This document shows positions 1 to 12,800 of a stretch of 64,000 bases of DNA, piece after piece (within the stretch, counting starts at the first letter, position 1; the number at the start of each line of letters is the position of its first letter). Source of the DNA: Rhynchobatus australiae (lineage: Eukaryota); the NCBI GenBank assembly GCA_034780895.1, contig JAUZTB010000067.1:3252985-3316984 (forward strand). Direction: 5' to 3'. Under the pieces are notes generated by a model, which worked only from the letters and a program-made list of their open reading frames with translations, was not told the DNA's origin and did no database searches. Both the position numbers and the translations under genes were made by a program.

Positions 1-1049
1 CGAAATTAAATAACGGCAGATCTTTAAACACTTTTCTCTATATTCCTTATTTTCCTCATTACGTAGGCTGAGTTTGTCCCTTTGAAGACGGTCTTCTGAG
101 TCCTGGCAGTTCGATTTGCCGCCTGGAGACAGACCTGAATGATCCCCTCATCCACATCACTGATACAGTGGATTCAAGGGAGAAGAATTCTGGAGCCATA
201 ACAATGACTCTGAACTTATTCCTCGGCACACGTGACGCAATAGAGAATAGTGAGTGCGATACCCTTAACCGAGAAGGACAGCAGAGGTAAGGAAGGTAAT
301 GATAGGTGTGTCGGTGTAAAGCCAATGGCAGGAAAGGTACTGAAAAAAAATCCGACTGAGAGGTTAAATCCACATTTGGAAAGGTAAGGAATAATCAGAG
401 ACATTCACTGTCGTTGGTTTACCCAACCTCTAGGCTGCAGCCCTTCCGTGTTAATCATAATCTCCCATCTGCCTTTATCGATACCGCTGCATCATTAATA
501 CATTAGTTTGTTCTCATTGCCAGATAATCTTCTCTTGTCTCTCCTCCACAACCCTCCTAATTGCACTTCGATCACTTGCACTGCACGAAAAGTCAGTGCA
601 TCGAACAGACACCGCCGGTTAAAAAGTACCAAACTCACTTATGTTTCTCCTTCAAACGAGGCACCAATGACATTGAGTGCGGCTGTTACTCAGGACCCAG
701 CACCTCCGTGTCTGGGAGCGGCAGAATGCTACCTCACTGAGCTCATTGGAAGCCGAATGTCCACTTGCCCTTCACCTGCCTGTTTAAAATTTTAAAAAAT
801 CCCTAAAATTAACAAATGTTTGTTGTTAGGCTTGTGGACGCCTTGGTTTATATTATATATTAGTTGCTGTGTAGTCTTTAGTCATTCAGTTTGCGACTGG
901 AACGAGCTGACGAGGGGGTACCCAATTCCCGCAACACGGATGGGGCACTGAAAATCTGGTTATATATTTTTCTCCTGTGCGTTGTTGAACGTGTCTAACA
1001 GGCCAGACCACATGATTCACAAAGAGAAGCCAATTCAAGGTAGCAAGAC

Positions 1050-1345
1050 GGAAATAGTCAGCTCCAATACAGACAGAAGGAAAGGGCGGATTACCTGAGA
1101 TGGAGAATTCCATACTGACTTGCGAAGGCTGGAGCATGGCCAAGCGGAAGATGAGGGTTGTTCGTCAAGAATGCATTGGGCTCAGAGTAATGATGCATGA
1201 AGCCCAGGCAGAAAGCTCAGATTAGGAGTGGGAAGGTCAATTAATGTAGCAGCAACTGGAATTTGAAGATCTCTGTCACGGATTGAAAAACAGGTGCTCC
1301 GCAAATGAAAAGAAGCTCTGCTCTCTTGTGCAAACGTGTTCCAGC
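1050..1345 (-). mobile_element. Penelope-like element remnant (GIY-YIG C-terminal region), highly decayed
   Basis: The reverse strand resembles the better-preserved Penelope segment at 46880-47130 (LEEQ.LIF.LG.L.P.G.N.EFS-type motif). Confidence 0.5.
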
Positions 1346-1914
1346 TTTGCAATCGGACAATCTGAGGAATACGGGAATCCCAGAGAATCCATGCAGAAAC
1401 ATACCATACGGCCTAAAATTCCTCTCCGTTTATAAAGAGGTGCCAAATGGAATCTCACCTACCAACACTTGGCCTGTAGCCTGCCGAAAAAGAATGAAGG
1501 AGAATTATCAGGAACTAAATAAAAACGAAACCTGGGTTAAATGCAGAGAGCGCAGTGGAACGTGACAAAAGAGGGAGTTTAAACCTCGTTGAAAAACAAT
1601 AATAAACTGCAGATATGTGTGAAGCAAACATTCAGCCGCTACGTGGTAAAAATATTAATGAGTTAAAAATTACAAGGGAGATAGTACAGCTGAAATGAAT
1701 GGAGTGGAGTGTTTTGCTCATGAACAGAAAGTGGATAATGGAAGTACATTTTTTTGGAGTGGAGGATGATGAGGTAGAAAATAATAGATGTATACTTAGT
1801 TGTGAGTCACACCAGTAGAGCAGATAGTTCGAAAGTTCTCGCATAGCGGAGGTGTATAAAGAGTAAAAAATATATATGTTATGGGTAAGGGGATCCGAGG
1901 AATGACCTTTCCAC

Positions 1915-2125
1915 CCAAAGCGCATATGAAATCTGGAACCCACCGCCTGAGTGGATGGTGGAGGCAGACACACTCAGCGCATTTAAGAAGTATCCAGACG
2001 AACAGTTAAATCACAGAGACATTGAAGACTTCAAGTCAAGTGATGGTAAATCGTTCCATGTAGATGGGCACGCTACTCAGCATGGACGGTGGGCCGAAGG
2101 GCCGATATCAGTGCCGTATGAGTCT
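1915..2125 (+). mobile_element. CR1 LINE 3' end
   Basis: WN.LP..MVEADTLSAFKKY.D-type ORF2 tail followed by the TGGGCCGAAGGGCC 3' UTR motif shared with other CR1 copies in the window. Confidence 0.75.
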
Positions 2126-2246
2126 AATAACATGCAGAAATGACAGATACTAGAAATCTGAAATAAAATCATGAAATGCCGTAAACCACATCAGGTCGGG
2201 CATCATCTGAGGAAAGAGAAATAGTGACAACTGCAAACTTCGGCAC

Positions 2247-3040
2247 AGTTGCAAATTGATTCATGTTTCTGACATCAGCTGATAGAACGTTCATTCTTGC
2301 TTAAAAATGTTCTTCCCCACGCAGTTGGGTCCTGATGGACTCTCTCCACCAGCCGTTCCTCGAACTCAATAAGTATCTGAATCGCCAAAGACTATTCTCC
2401 AGATGCCAGATGTTGGAGCAGCCATTGCTAGAATGTGCCAGTGTGAGAGTGGGGAGCTGAGGCTTTGGTTCAAGAGATTTCCGTGAGAAAAGTGGGAGGC
2501 TCAGGAGTCGGTGACTTGGAGCAAGAGCGAGAGAATTGAAAATAAGCGAGTCTCCGTGCATGTGAGTTTCAACTGCAGGAATCTCAGAGGTAAGTCAGAT
2601 AATTGTTGGTTAATAAGAAATTTTCAGCAGCCAATAAAAAGAAGTTCATATCAAGCGGAAGGGACATTTTGGAGCAGTCATATTGTGAATAACTGCCGTC
2701 CAAAGTATTGCTGGTTCTCTAAGTGAGGGCTTTGGTGAATGTAAGTCTTCAGTAAGCTAAGGTGGGGGCAGATGCTTATTCTTTTTTACTGTCTCTTTAT
2801 TTTCCCTTTTTTTTATTCATGACAGGTAAGCTTAGCCCCGCGTCATGCTCGTCCTGCGCAATGTGGGAACTCTGGAAAGCTGCCAGTGCCCCTGATGACT
2901 ACGTGCAGGAATTGCGTCGAGCTGTAGCTCCTGACAGACCTCATGACCTCATTGATCCTGCGCATGGATTCACTTCAGAAAATCCGCGATGCTGAAAATG
3001 CTCTCGGCACCATGAGTGGTTCTGCTGCACAGCACAGCAT
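2247..3040 (+). repeat. Direct segmental duplication, copy 1 (copy 2 at 4036-4835)
   Basis: About 800 bp colinear with scattered substitutions, from AGTTGCAAATTGATTCATG to GCACAGCACAGCA in both copies. Confidence 0.92.
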
Positions 3041-3935
3041 GAAAAAGAGTGGCAGAGCTGTACTGGTAGGGGATTCCATGGTAAGTGGAACAGACAGGAG
3101 ATTCTGCGGCCGCAATCGGGATTGCCGGTTGGTGTGTTGCCTCTCGAGTACAAGGGTCAAGGATATCTCGGAGCCACTGCCAGGCATTCTGGAAGGGGAG
3201 GGTGAACATGTAATTGTCGTGTTTCATGTAGATACCAAAGATATAGGGCAAGGCGGTACGATGTCCTACAAGCCGAAATTAGAGAACTAGGAGATAGATT
3301 GAATAGANNNNNNNNNNCACGTACTCGTCAGAGCAGGAATAGGACATATTCAGGATGAAAATGCACCTTGAACATTGGTGCAGGAGCGAGGGTTTTAGAT
3401 GCCTAGGGCATTGGAACTGGTTTTGGGGGAGCTGGGACAAGTACAAACTGTCCTGTCTGCAGCTGCGCAGGATTGTGATCAATGCCCCAGGTGAATTGTT
3501 TGCTCTTGATGTTGGGGAGAGTTTAAATTAATATGGCAAGGGGTTGGGAATGCATACAGAGAAACAGAGGGAAGCAAGCAGAGACCAGAACAAAAGTTAG
3601 AAAAGTAGAAAGTAAGTCTGGAATACGCAAAGGAAAAAATGGTTACAAGGTTCCAAAAGGATGATGAGTGTAAGGGCACTTTATCTGCATGCCATGGTAT
3701 ACAAAACACGGTCAGTGAGCTTTAGCTACAAATCAGTGAAAAGGGGTATGATTGAGTGACCATTTCAGGAACATAGTTGCAGGAAGGAAATTAAATATCC
3801 ATGGGCATCAGGTTATACTGAAGGATAAGAAGGAAGGTGAGGGAGATGTGGTAGCGCTCTTAATTAACAATGAGATCAGGAAGATTGCAAGAGATGATAT
3901 GAGATCCAAGCCGCAGAATGTTCAGTCCATCTGGG
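2820..3935 (+). mobile_element. CR1 LINE 5' part: ORF1 (zinc finger plus SGNH/GDSL-like esterase) and start of ORF2 AP endonuclease, decayed
   Basis: CSSCAMWE..PDDY; RAVLVGDSMVSGTDRRFCG..RLVCCL; VVFHVDTKDIG; then LNIHGHQVILKD..GDVVALLI..VQSIW. Frameshifts and stops are present. Confidence 0.85.
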
Positions 3936-4035
3936 NNNNNNNNNNNNNNNNNNNNNNNNNNNNNNNNNNNNNNNNNNNNNNNNNNNNNNNNNNNNNNNNN
4001 NNNNNNNNNNNNNNNNNNNNNNNNNNNNNNNNNNN

Positions 4036-4835
4036 AGTTGCAAATTGATTCATGTTTCTGACATAAGCTGATAGGACGTTCTTTCTTGCTAATAAATGTT
4101 CTTCCCCATAACACGCAGTTGGGTCCTGATGGACCCTCTCCACCAGCCGCACCTCGAACTGAATAAGTATCTGAATCGCCAAAGGCTATGTTGCAGATGC
4201 CCAATGTTCAGCGGCCATTGCTACAATGTGCCAGTGTGAGAGTGGAGAGCTGAGGCTTTGGTTCAATAGGCTTCTGTGAGAAAAGTGGGAGGCTCAGGAG
4301 TCGGCGACTTGGAGCAAGAGCGAGAGAATTGAAAATAAATGAGTCTCCGTGCATGTGAGTTTCACTTGCTGGAATCTCAGAGGTAAGTCAGTTAATTGTT
4401 GGTTAATAAGAAATTATCAGCAGCCAATGAAAAGAAGTTCAGATCAAGCGGAAGGGACATTTTGGAGCAGTCATATTGAGAGGAACTGCCGTCCACGGTG
4501 TTGCTGATTCTCTAAGTGAGGGCTTTGGTGAATGTAAGTCTTCATGAAGCTAAGGTGGGGGCAGATGCTTATTCTTTTTTACTGTCTCTTTATTTTCCCT
4601 GATTTTTTTTATTCATGACAGGTGAGCTCAGCCCCGCGTCATGCTCCTCCTGCGCAATGTGGGAACTCGGGAAAGCTGCCAGTGCCCCTGATGACTACGT
4701 GTAGGAATTGCGTCGAGCTGTAGCTGCTGACAGACCGCATGACCTCATTGGTCCTGCGTATGGATTCACTTCAGAGAATCCGCGATGCTGAGAATGTTCT
4801 GGGCACCATGGGTGGCTCTGCTGCACAGCACAGCA
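4036..4835 (+). repeat. Direct segmental duplication, copy 2 (includes CR1 ORF1 zinc-finger start)
   Basis: Colinear with 2247-3040 and bounded by assembly gaps. Confidence 0.9.
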
Positions 4836-4935
4836 NNNNNNNNNNNNNNNNNNNNNNNNNNNNNNNNNNNNNNNNNNNNNNNNNNNNNNNNNNNNNNNNN
4901 NNNNNNNNNNNNNNNNNNNNNNNNNNNNNNNNNNN

Positions 4936-5540
4936 ACCTATGTCATTGGTACCAATATGTACCACGACCTCTGGCTGTTCTCCCTCCCCCTTCAGGATAT
5001 CTTGGACGCACTTGGAAACATCTCGGACCCTGGCACCTGGGAGGCAAACTACATTCCGAGTTTCTTTCCTGCGTCCACAAGAATCGCTTGTCTGCCCACC
5101 TCACTAGAGAGTCCCCTATCACTGGGGCCCTCCTCACTCCTTCCCTTCCCATCTGAGCCACAGGGCCGGGCTCTGTGCCAGAGACTCCACCACTGTTGCT
5201 CCCCCCAGGTAGGCTGTCTCCCCCAAAAGCCCTCAAGCAGGACTACCTATTGTCAAGGGGTACAGCCACTGGGGTACTCTCGAGCACCTGACTCTTCCCT
5301 TTCCCCTTCCCCTTCCTGACTGTGACCCATTTGTCTGACTCTGATGGACCCGGTGTGACCACCTGCCTATAACTCCTCTCAATCACCCCCTCACTCTCCC
5401 TAACCAGACGAAGGTCATTGAGCTGCATCTCCAGTTCCCTAACACGGTCCCTCAGGAGCTGCAGCTCAACACACCGAGTGCAGACATAGCCTTCCCGGAG
5501 GCAGGGAGACTCTAGGAACTCCCACATCCAAGAGGGAAGT
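4936..5540 (-). mobile_element. CR1 LINE ORF1 fragment
   Basis: MWEFLESPCLREGYVCTRCVELQLLRDRVRELEMQL; RRAPVIGDSLVRWADKRF; VVHIGTNDIG. Confidence 0.9.
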
Positions 5541-5559
5541 GGGCAAGGTATGAAACGAG

Positions 5560-6310
5560 TACTCTCAAAGCCATACTGCCTATCCCAAGTACGTCTCTGC
5601 TTTCCCTGATGTGAGTTGATCCTATCCCAAAACAACTTTCCCAATAATTTCCCTGCACTAATATGAGGTTCACCGGCCTATAATTTCTTGATTTGTCTCT
5701 CAACATTGCAGAGGAACAACGTTGATTTGTCTGCAGTCCCCTGGGCCCTCACCTGTGACTAAAAAGGATGCAAGCATCTCTGTTTAGTCCATGGCCGTCT
5801 CGTGTATTTAAATAACCTGGGATAGATCCATTCAGGCCTTGAGGATTTATCAACCTTAATGGTCTTCACGAGACTCAACACCACCTCCTTCATAACAAAA
5901 AACATGCCGAAGAATATCAGAAAATCCATCTGAGCTCCATGTCCTTCTCTTTGCTGAGGTACTCGTTTCACACCTCGCCAACTTCCTCTGTCCCCAAATA
6001 TAAATCTCCTCCATTTTCCTTGAGTGGTTATTCGCTTCTCCCGGTTACCCTCTTATTTTTAATGTCTTTATAAATGCCCTATGATTCCCTTTAACTCCAC
6101 TCACCAAATGATATTTTACAGCCCCTCTTAGCCTCTTTTTTAGTTCTCTCCCACTTCATACTTCTCAAAGACGCTGACTCAATGCATCTTTCTGAGCCTT
6201 ACATGACCTTCCTTTCTCTTTTTCACCAAATTTACAACATCCCTCCTCATCCTGAGCCTCCCCATCCTTGTCTTTCTTCCTCACTGTAACATGTTGGTCC
6301 TCAACTTTGA
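5560..6310 (-). mobile_element. CR1 LINE ORF2 (pre-RT/RT N-terminal) fragment
   Basis: IKVDKSSRPEWIYPRL and NYRPVNL..GKL motifs, decayed. Confidence 0.75.
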
Positions 6311-6394
6311 CAAGGTTCCAGCAATCTCCTGTCTTGCCTCTCTAAATCTCTCTCTAAGGTGCGATACATTTTTTTTCTAAATTTTATTTTTTTT

Positions 6395-6536
6395 TATTTT
6401 ATTTTACAGCGTGGTAACAGGCCCTTCCGGCCCAATGAGTCCGCGCCGCCCATTTTAAGCCCCAAATTAACCTACCCGTACGTCTTTAGAATGTGGGAGG
6501 AAACCGGAGCACCCGGAGGAAACCCACGCAGACACG
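6395..6536 (-). mobile_element. tRNA-derived V-SINE (HE1-like), 3' part
   Basis: Reverse complement of the SINE at 61888-62130: V-domain GGGTTTCCTCCGGGTGCTCCGGTTTCCTCCCACA, CR1-like tail and AT-rich end. Confidence 0.85.
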
Positions 6537-6977
6537 NNNNNNNNNNNNNNNNNNNNNNNNNNNNNNNNNNNNNNNNNNNNNNNNNNNNNNNNNNNNNNNN
6601 NNNNNNNNNNNNNNNNNNNNNNNNNNNNNNNNNNNNTGTGCACACGTGTACACGTGCATATGACAATAAACTTGACTTTAGATTGAGTTTATGGAATGAT
6701 AAAAGTCAATATGTCTATTCATTTATCACTGCCAAAAACATTTTGTTCCAGGATGCTGTGTTCGATGGACTAAAGACAGCTTTCATCAATTCTATCCAAC
6801 CTTCAAGACTTTCTTTACTTTTCTTGGAAGAAATGGAAGCAGGATTACACATGCTACACATTTATTCATCAAAACGATTGTTGGCATTAAGCTGCTTTAA
6901 GTTGCTTGTATCAATTCATGTAATTAGCATAAAAACAAAGACACCTTCCTAATATGCTCTGGGTGACTGATGTTGGG

Positions 6978-6985
6978 TATAAATA
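6978..6985 (+). promoter_or_regulatory. Putative TATA box of GPR139-like exon 1
   Basis: TATAAATA 57 bp upstream of the ATG, with identical spacing in the second cassette. Confidence 0.5.
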
Positions 6986-7034
6986 TAACAGACTATGAAT
7001 GCAGTGTAATGTACACCAACATTTTTCAATAGCA

Positions 7035-7104
7035 ATGCATGGAGTTTCACAAATCCTGGGGTTGGCCATTTGTTATTCCATCATTGCAGTCGTCAGCATT
7101 CCTG
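7035..7104 (+). CDS. First coding exon of a GPR139-like orphan GPCR (MHGVSQILGLAICYSIIAVVSIP+G)
   Basis: ATG, hydrophobic TM1 first half, and a phase-1 donor CCTG|GTAAAA. The phase matches the exon-2 acceptors at 29914 and 36255. Confidence 0.7.
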
Positions 7105-7665
7105 GTAAAATATTGGAGTTAATTATAAATCTGCAAAATGTTGTGAAATGTTGCATCACTGCTGTGTATACTGCGATTGTTGCTTTCTGTCAGTTGCAAT
7201 TAGAGGCAGAATTTATTCTTTAAATCTTCTAACCTGTTTTGAATACCTATGTTTTCATCTGTTCTCATTCTGATGGTAAACACCCAACAATAATGGAAGC
7301 AATTTCTTTTCTTATCGTGCTTGTATGAAGAGTTTCAAACAGAATTTGACACTAAATTTACATTAAGGAGTTTCAATCAGGACGTGCAGTGTTTAGAAAA
7401 CGGCATGAGAATGTTGAAATTATGGAACTGAGGATCCAGTCAGTCACAAAGTGTAGGGTGGGTATTTGAACTGGAGATTTTGTGATTTAATGCACTGGCT
7501 GCAGAGAGGTGATGAAAGTGAATTTATGGAGAGTGCAATGTGGAAGATCGGTCATTGATGAATCCNNNNNNNNNNNNNNNNNNNNNNNNNNNNNNNNNNN
7601 NNNNNNNNNNNNNNNNNNNNNNNNNNNNNNNNNNNNNNNNNNNNNNNNNNNNNNNNNNNNNNNNN

Positions 7666-10600
7666 ACGACTTCAGGCTGAAAAGTTACTCGCAAATATAT
7701 CACCAAACCTGCAATATGCCTAAAACAGAGTATTGAAAGCAGAAATCATCAATTCATTCATTTGCCACTTTCTCCAAGGGAAATGAGTAGAATGAACTGA
7801 AAAACCATTTTAGTTTACGTATTTCATGGTGCTGAGTTGTTTGGAAGCGTATATCTAATCGCCCCACTTACCCCTGAAAAGTTCTTGCATATATATCACT
7901 GGACTTCCATTTTCTCTAATGCTGCTTTTTGAATGGTAATTGATAAAAGTCATATATTTGCCACTTTCTCAACATAACCAATGTACCAACATACTGAAAG
8001 CCTATCTATTTTATAAAGTTAATGTTGCTGAGTCCTTTGGTGACATTTATTTCATTGTACCACTTAGCCCTGAAAATTTAACAGCAGATATGTTCCAAAA
8101 CGGATAAGATAGCTGTCTGGCTAAGAAATAGCTTAATTCATTCATTTGCCAATTTCTGCACATCAAATGAAGCCTTACCTTAATGAAAACTAGTTAATGA
8201 TATTTATTTCATCAGGCTGAGTCGATTGATAACACTTATTTGATTGTACGACTTCAGCCTGAAAAGTGAATTGCACATATATTACCATACCTGCATATGC
8301 CGAAGACAGAGTATTGAAAGGAGAAAACATCAATTCATTCATTTGCCACTTTCTCCAATAGAAATTATTAAAATCAAGTGTAAAACCAATTCACTTTATG
8401 TATTTGTAATTGCTCAGTTGTTTGGTATCATTTATTTGATTGCCCCAACTTACCTGACAAAAGTTAATTGCAAATATATCACTGAACTTCCAATGCCACT
8501 AATAAAAGTTTTTGAATGGTGATTGATAAAAGTCATTCATTTTCCACTTTCTCAACGGAATCAATGTACTAACCAACGGAAAGCCTTTCTATTTTGAAAA
8601 GTTGATGATACTGAGTATTTGGGTAACATTTATATTATTGTACCACTTGTCCCTGAACATTTAACGGCAGATATGTCCCAAAACGGATAAGATAGCTATC
8701 TGGCTAAGAAATAGCTTTATGCATTCACTTGCTAGTTTCTGCACATCAAACTAAGCCTTACCTTAATGAAAACTAATTGATGTTATTTGTTGCATCCAGC
8801 TGAGTTGTTTGATAACACTTCTTTGATTGTACGGCTTCAGCCTGAAAAGTTAATTGCAAATATATCACCAAACCTGCAATATGCCCAAAAATGCGTATTG
8901 AAAGGAGAAAACATCAATTCATTCATTTGCCACTTTCTGCAATAGAAATGAGTAGAATCAATTGAAAACCATTTTAGTTTACGTATTTCATAGTGCTAAG
9001 TTGTTTGGGAGCATTTAATTGATTGCCCCACTTACCCCTGAAAAGTTACTTGCAAATATATATCACTGAACTTCCAATATCACTCATACTGCTTTTTGAA
9101 TGGTGATTGATTCAAGTCATTGATTTTCCACGTTCTCAACGGAACCAATGTACTAACGTACGGAAAGACTTTCTATTTTATAAAGTTCATGATGCTGAGC
9201 AGTTTGGTAACACTTATTTTATTGTACCATTTAATCCTGAAAATTTAACGGCACACGTGTCCCAAAACGGATAAGATAGCTGTCTTGCTAAGAAATAGCT
9301 GAATTCATTTATTTTCCAATTCTGCAGATGAAACTAAGAATTACCTTATTGAAAACTAGTTGATGTTATTTATTTCAACAAGCTAAGTCGTTTGATAACC
9401 CTTATTTGATTGTACGACTTCAGTCTGAAATGTTAATTGCAAATATATCGCCAAACCCGCATAATGCCTAAAAAGGTGCACTGAATGGAGAAAATGTCTC
9501 CATTGCATTTATTTGAATACCCCACCTACCCCTGAAAATTTAATTGCAAATATATCACTGAACTTCCAATTTCACTAACACTGCTTTTTGAATGGTGATT
9601 GATTAAAGTCATTGATTTTCCACTTTCTCAACGTAACCTATGTACTAACATACTGAAAGCCTATCTATTTTATAAAGTTGATGATGCTGAGAACTTTGGT
9701 AAACTTTATTTCATTGTACCACGTATCCATGAAAATTTAACGGCAGCTATGTCCAAAAACAGATCAAATAGCTGTCTGGCTAAGAAATAGCTGAATTCAT
9801 TAATTTGCCACTTTCTGCACATGAAACTAAGCCTTACCTTATTGAAAATGATTTGATGTTATTTATTCATCAAGCTGAGTCGTACGATAACACTTATTTG
9901 ATTGTACGACTTCAGTCTGAAAAGTTAATTGCAAATATATCACCAAACCTGCAATAGGCCTAAAACAGAGTAATGAAAGGAGAAAACATCAATTCATTGA
10001 TTTTTCACTTTCTCCAATAGAAATAATTAAGTATCAAGGTTAAAACCAATATAATTTATGTATTTCAAGATCCTGAATTGTTTGGTATCATTTATTTGAT
10101 TGCCTANNNNNNNNNNCACTGAAATGTAAATTGCAAATATATCACTGAACTTCCAATTTAACTCGTACTGTTCTTTGAATGGTGATTAGTAAAAGTCATT
10201 GATTTTCCACTTTCTCAATTTAACCAATGTACTAACTTACTGAAAGCCTTTCTATTGTATTAACTTGATGCTGCTGAGTAGTTGTGTAACATTTATTTCA
10301 TTGTGCCACTTATCCCTGAATATTTAACGGCAAATAAGTTCAAAAGCGGATAAGATATCTATCTGGCCAAGAAATACCTTAATTCATTCATTTGCCACTT
10401 TCTGCACATGGAACGAAGCCTTAGCTTATTGAAAACTAGTTGATTTTTCTATTTCATCAAGATGAGTCGTTTGAAAACACTTATTTGAATGTACGACTTC
10501 AGCCTGAAAAGTTAATTGCAAATATATCACCAAAACTGCAATATGCCTAAAACAGAGTATTAAAAGGAGAAAACATCAATTTATTCATTTGCCACTTTGT

Positions 10601-12070
10601 ACAATAGAAATGATTAGAATCAAGTGAAAAACCATTTTACTTTATGTATTTCACAGTGCTGAGTTGTTTGTGAGCATTTATTTGATTGCCCGACTTACCC
10701 CTGAAAAGTTACTTGCAAACATATCACTGAACTTCCAATTTCATTAATACCACTTTTTGAATGGTGATTGATAAAAGTCATTGATTTTCTACTTACTCAA
10801 CGTATCCAATGTATTAACATGCTGAAAGCCTTTCTATTTTATAAAGTTGATGATACTCAGCAGTTTGGTAACATTTTTTTCATTGTACCACGTATCCCTG
10901 AAATTACGGGCAGATATGTCACAAAACGGATTAGATAGCTGTCTGGCTAAATATTAGCTTAATTCATTCATTTGCCGCTTTCTGCACATGAAACTAGGGT
11001 TTACTTTAATAAAAACAAGTTGATATTATTTATTTCATACTTTTATACGTTTGATAACACTTATTTGATTGTACGACTTCAGTTTGAAAAGTTAATTGCA
11101 AATACATTACTAAACCTGTAATATACCCAAAACAGAGTATTGAAAGGAGAAAACATGAATTCATTCATTTGCCACTTTCTGAAAGAGACAAATATAAAAT
11201 CAAGGGTAAAACCAATTAACTCTATATATTTCAAGATGCTGAGTTGTTTGGTATCATTTATTTAATTGTGCAACTTACCCCTGAAAATTTAATTCCAAAT
11301 ATATCACGGAAGTTTTAATTTCACCAATACTGCTTTTTGATTAGTGATTGATAAAATCATTGATTTGACACTTTCTCAATGGAACCTTTGTACCAACATA
11401 ATGAAAGCCTTTCTATTTTTTTAAAGTTGATGATGCTGAATGGTTTGGTAACATTTACTTCATTATACCACTTATCCCAGAACATTTAACGACAGATATG
11501 GCCCAAAACGGATAAGATAGCTGTCTGGCTAAAAAATAGCTTAATTCATTAATTTGCCACTTTCTGCACATGAAACTAAGCCTTACCTTATTGAAAACTA
11601 GTTGATATTATTTATCGGATCTAGCTGAGCGTTTGATAACACTTATTTGATTGTACGACTTCAGCCTGAAAAGTTAATTTCAAATATATCACCAAACCTG
11701 CAATATGCCTAAAACAGAGTATTTAAAGGAGAAAACATCAATTCATCCATTTGCCACTTTCTCCAATGTAAATGAGTAGAATCAAGAGAATAACCATTTT
11801 AGTTTACGTATTTCATGTTGCTGAGTTGTTTGGGATCATTTATGTGCTTCCCCTACCTACCCCTGTAAAGTTAATTGTAAATATATGACTGAAGTTCCAC
11901 TTTCATTAATACTGCTTTTTGAATGGTGATTGATAAAAGTCATTGATTTTCCACTTACTCAACGTAATCATAGTACTAACATACTGAAAGGCTATCTATT
12001 TTATAAAGTTGATGATGCTGAGTACTTTGCTAACATTTGTTTCTCTCTACCACTTAACCTCGAATATTTA
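7666..12070. repeat. AT-rich satellite array, about 582-bp monomer built from three diverged 194-bp subunits
   Basis: The marker ACG(A/G)CTTCAG recurs at 7666, 8248, 8831, 9414, 9906, 10493, 11073 and 11655. Both ends run into gaps. Confidence 0.95.
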
Positions 12071-12179
12071 NNNNNNNNNNNNNNNNNNNNNNNNNNNNNN
12101 NNNNNNNNNNNNNNNNNNNNNNNNNNNNNNNNNNNNNNNNNNNNNNNNNNNNNNNNNNNNNNNNNNNNNNGATTACGAA

Positions 12180-12800
12180 TTCTCCCAGGCAGAAGAAGCA
12201 CAGCCAGGTGGATTTACCAAAGTGCGGGAGAAGGATGGAGCGGTTGGCGTTCTTAATGGTTGTAGAGCAGTAGTCGAGTGGGTTGAGTCCTCTAGTATTG
12301 CAGATGATGTGTTGGTAGTAGTTGGGCAGAGACTTCTTCAGGCTCGCCTGATGGAATTCTCCTGCCACGATGTGACAGGGGTCGGGGTACACCTCTTCGT
12401 TCTTGTTGATTACAGCACTCAGTTCCTCATGTGCCAGCTTGATGTCTGCCTGAGGTGAGATGTAGACTGCAGTCAGGATGACGGTGGAGAAGTCCCGCGG
12501 AATGTGGAACGGTCGGTACTTCATTGCCAGATGTTCCCGGTCGGGGGAGCATGAATGGGACAAGACCGCCACGTCCGTGCACCACGATGAGTTTATCATA
12601 AATCAGGCACTGCCACGTTTTCCCTTACACGATGTTGCTGTCTGTTCTATGCAATGGATCGAAAAACCCTTGGGCTGGAATGCTGTGTCAGGAGAGTTGG
12701 GAGTGAGCCTTGTCTCTGCGAAACAAAGTACACAGCAGTCCCTCATGTCCCTCTGATAAAGCAACCATGCTCTGAGCTCCTCAATCCTGTTTGCTCACGA
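12180..12800 (-). mobile_element. Rex1/Babar-type LINE, AP endonuclease region
   Basis: MINSSWCTDV..CSPDREHL..RPFHIPRDFSTVILTAVYISP; IVAGEF; YYQHIICNTRG..LDYC. Confidence 0.85.

Larger units (their letters stand above)
6637..7565 (+). repeat. GPCR promoter/exon-1 cassette, copy 1
   Basis: Colinear with 14500-15510 (direct) and 15545-16790 (inverted). Confidence 0.88.

Noticed and set aside
7666-12070. CRISPR array or repeat-protein gene
   Set aside because: There are no unique spacers or cas genes and the context is eukaryotic. Stops recur at equivalent positions in each subunit.
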